The position numbers and the translations under genes were made by a program. Of a DNA stretch of 64,000 nt, positions 63,284-64,000 are shown piece by piece. Where the stretch lies: NCBI GenBank assembly GCA_964460075.1, contig CAYWPC010000005.1, forward strand, positions 2,873 through 66,872. Reading direction: 5' to 3'. Under the pieces are notes generated by a model that was not told the origin of the DNA, did not search any database, and saw only the letters and a program-made list of their open reading frames with translations. Position 1 is the first letter of the stretch, and every line of letters starts with the position of its first letter. Origin of the DNA: an uncultured Acidimicrobiaceae bacterium. Lineage in GTDB: Bacteria; Actinomycetota; Acidimicrobiia; Spongiisociales; UBA5794.

Positions 63284-63301
63284 CGTAAACGCAACGTAAA
63301 C
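63284..63301 (-). promoter_or_regulatory. Direct repeat GTTTACG-N4-GTTTACG (read on the - strand); candidate OmpR-family response-regulator binding site upstream of the SBP gene
   Basis: Sequence cgtaaac-gcaa-cgtaaac gives 11-bp periodicity. Lies 87-104 bp upstream of the SBP start and directly downstream of the response-regulator gene. Confidence 0.4.
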
Positions 63302-63308
63302 AAATGCT

Positions 63309-63998
63309 CTACTCCCCGAGGCGGTATCCGAGGCCACGTTCGGTGTGTATGTAGGTCGGATTCCTCGCATCGTCATGGAGCTTGGTGCGGAGCCGACCGA
63401 CATAGACACGCAGGTACTCGGCCTCATCGCCGTACTCAGGCCCCCAGACCGATCGCAGTAACTCGTCGTGCGACAGGACTTTCCCCCGACTGGTGAGGAA
63501 ACGGTCGAGAAGCCTGTACTCGATGCCGGTCACCGTGAGCGGTTCGCCACGGAACATGACCCGGCGCGCCTCGGGATCCAATGTCAGCTCGCGATAGGAC
63601 ATCGGATGGGTCGCGGCGCCGGCATCGGTCCACGAAGCTCTACGAAGCGCAGCGCCGACCCGAGCGAGAAGTTCGTTGACGCCGAATGGTTTGGCGAGAC
63701 AGTCATCGGCTCCCGCGTCCAGTGCCCGCACCCGATCTCGCTCCTCGCCGAGGGCGGTGACGATCAGGATCGGCACGATCGAGCGCTGTCGGATACGTTC
63801 GCATGTCTCCAAGCCATCCATGGAGGGCATCATCACATCGAGGACCACAAGATCGGGCTCGCGCTGCTGAAGAAGCGCAAGCGCTTCGAAACCGGTTGCT
63901 GCCCCCACGGCCTCGTACCCTCTTGCCTCGAGGTTTCGTACGATGAACGCCCGCATCGGCTGCTCATCTTCAACCACGAGGATGTAGCCCTTTGACAT
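63309..63998 (-). CDS. OmpR/PhoB-family two-component response regulator (KdpE-like)
   Basis: Receiver domain (LVVEDE...DLVVLDVMMPSMDG...) and winged-helix output domain. Confidence 0.88.
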   Translation of the reverse strand: MSKGYILVVEDEQPMRAFIVRNLEARGYEAVGAATGFEALALLQQREPDLVVLDVMMPSMDGLETCERIRQRSIVPILIVTALGEERDRVRALDAGADDCLAKPFGVNELLARVGAALRRASWTDAGAATHPMSYRELTLDPEARRVMFRGEPLTVTGIEYRLLDRFLTSRGKVLSHDELLRSVWGPEYGDEAEYLRVYVGRLRTKLHDDARNPTYIHTERGLGYRLGE

Positions 63999-64000
63999 CG

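Overview
This 64-kb window is high-GC chromosomal DNA of actinobacterial type. The taxon call is an inference from GC content, a dnaK-grpE-dnaJ-hspR operon and frequent ATGA/GTGA start-stop overlaps; Acidimicrobiia is possible. Most of it is core metabolism and transport. Named genes are dnaK/grpE/dnaJ/hspR, clpB, lgt, lnt, purA-D-E-B, purC-S-Q-L, purF-M, an AapJQMP-like amino-acid ABC transporter and two Liv-type ABC transporters. One Liv system sits in an 11-gene TetR/hydrolase/KAS-III/acyl-CoA-ligase cluster. The other follows an OmpR-family response regulator.

Accessory or unusual content:
- A ~1-kb cassette encoding a DUF559/AbiEi-like protein lies between purB and purC. It is flanked by two identical 53-bp hairpin palindromes, and the first palindrome supplies the stop codons of both purB and the cassette gene.
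- An IS5-family transposase gene has a TGG to TGA nonsense lesion and abuts the 3' end of an amidase gene that is translationally coupled to purL.
- A PadR regulator overlaps a gene for a membrane protein with an NfeD-type C-terminal domain, followed by an SPFH/stomatin gene.
- A fused E1 alpha/beta TPP enzyme is coupled to a class I/II aminotransferase, with no E2 or E3 in the window.

No CRISPR array, tRNA or rRNA was seen. I could not run homology searches, so product calls rest on motif recognition in the translations. Start codons were chosen by hand and several are approximate.
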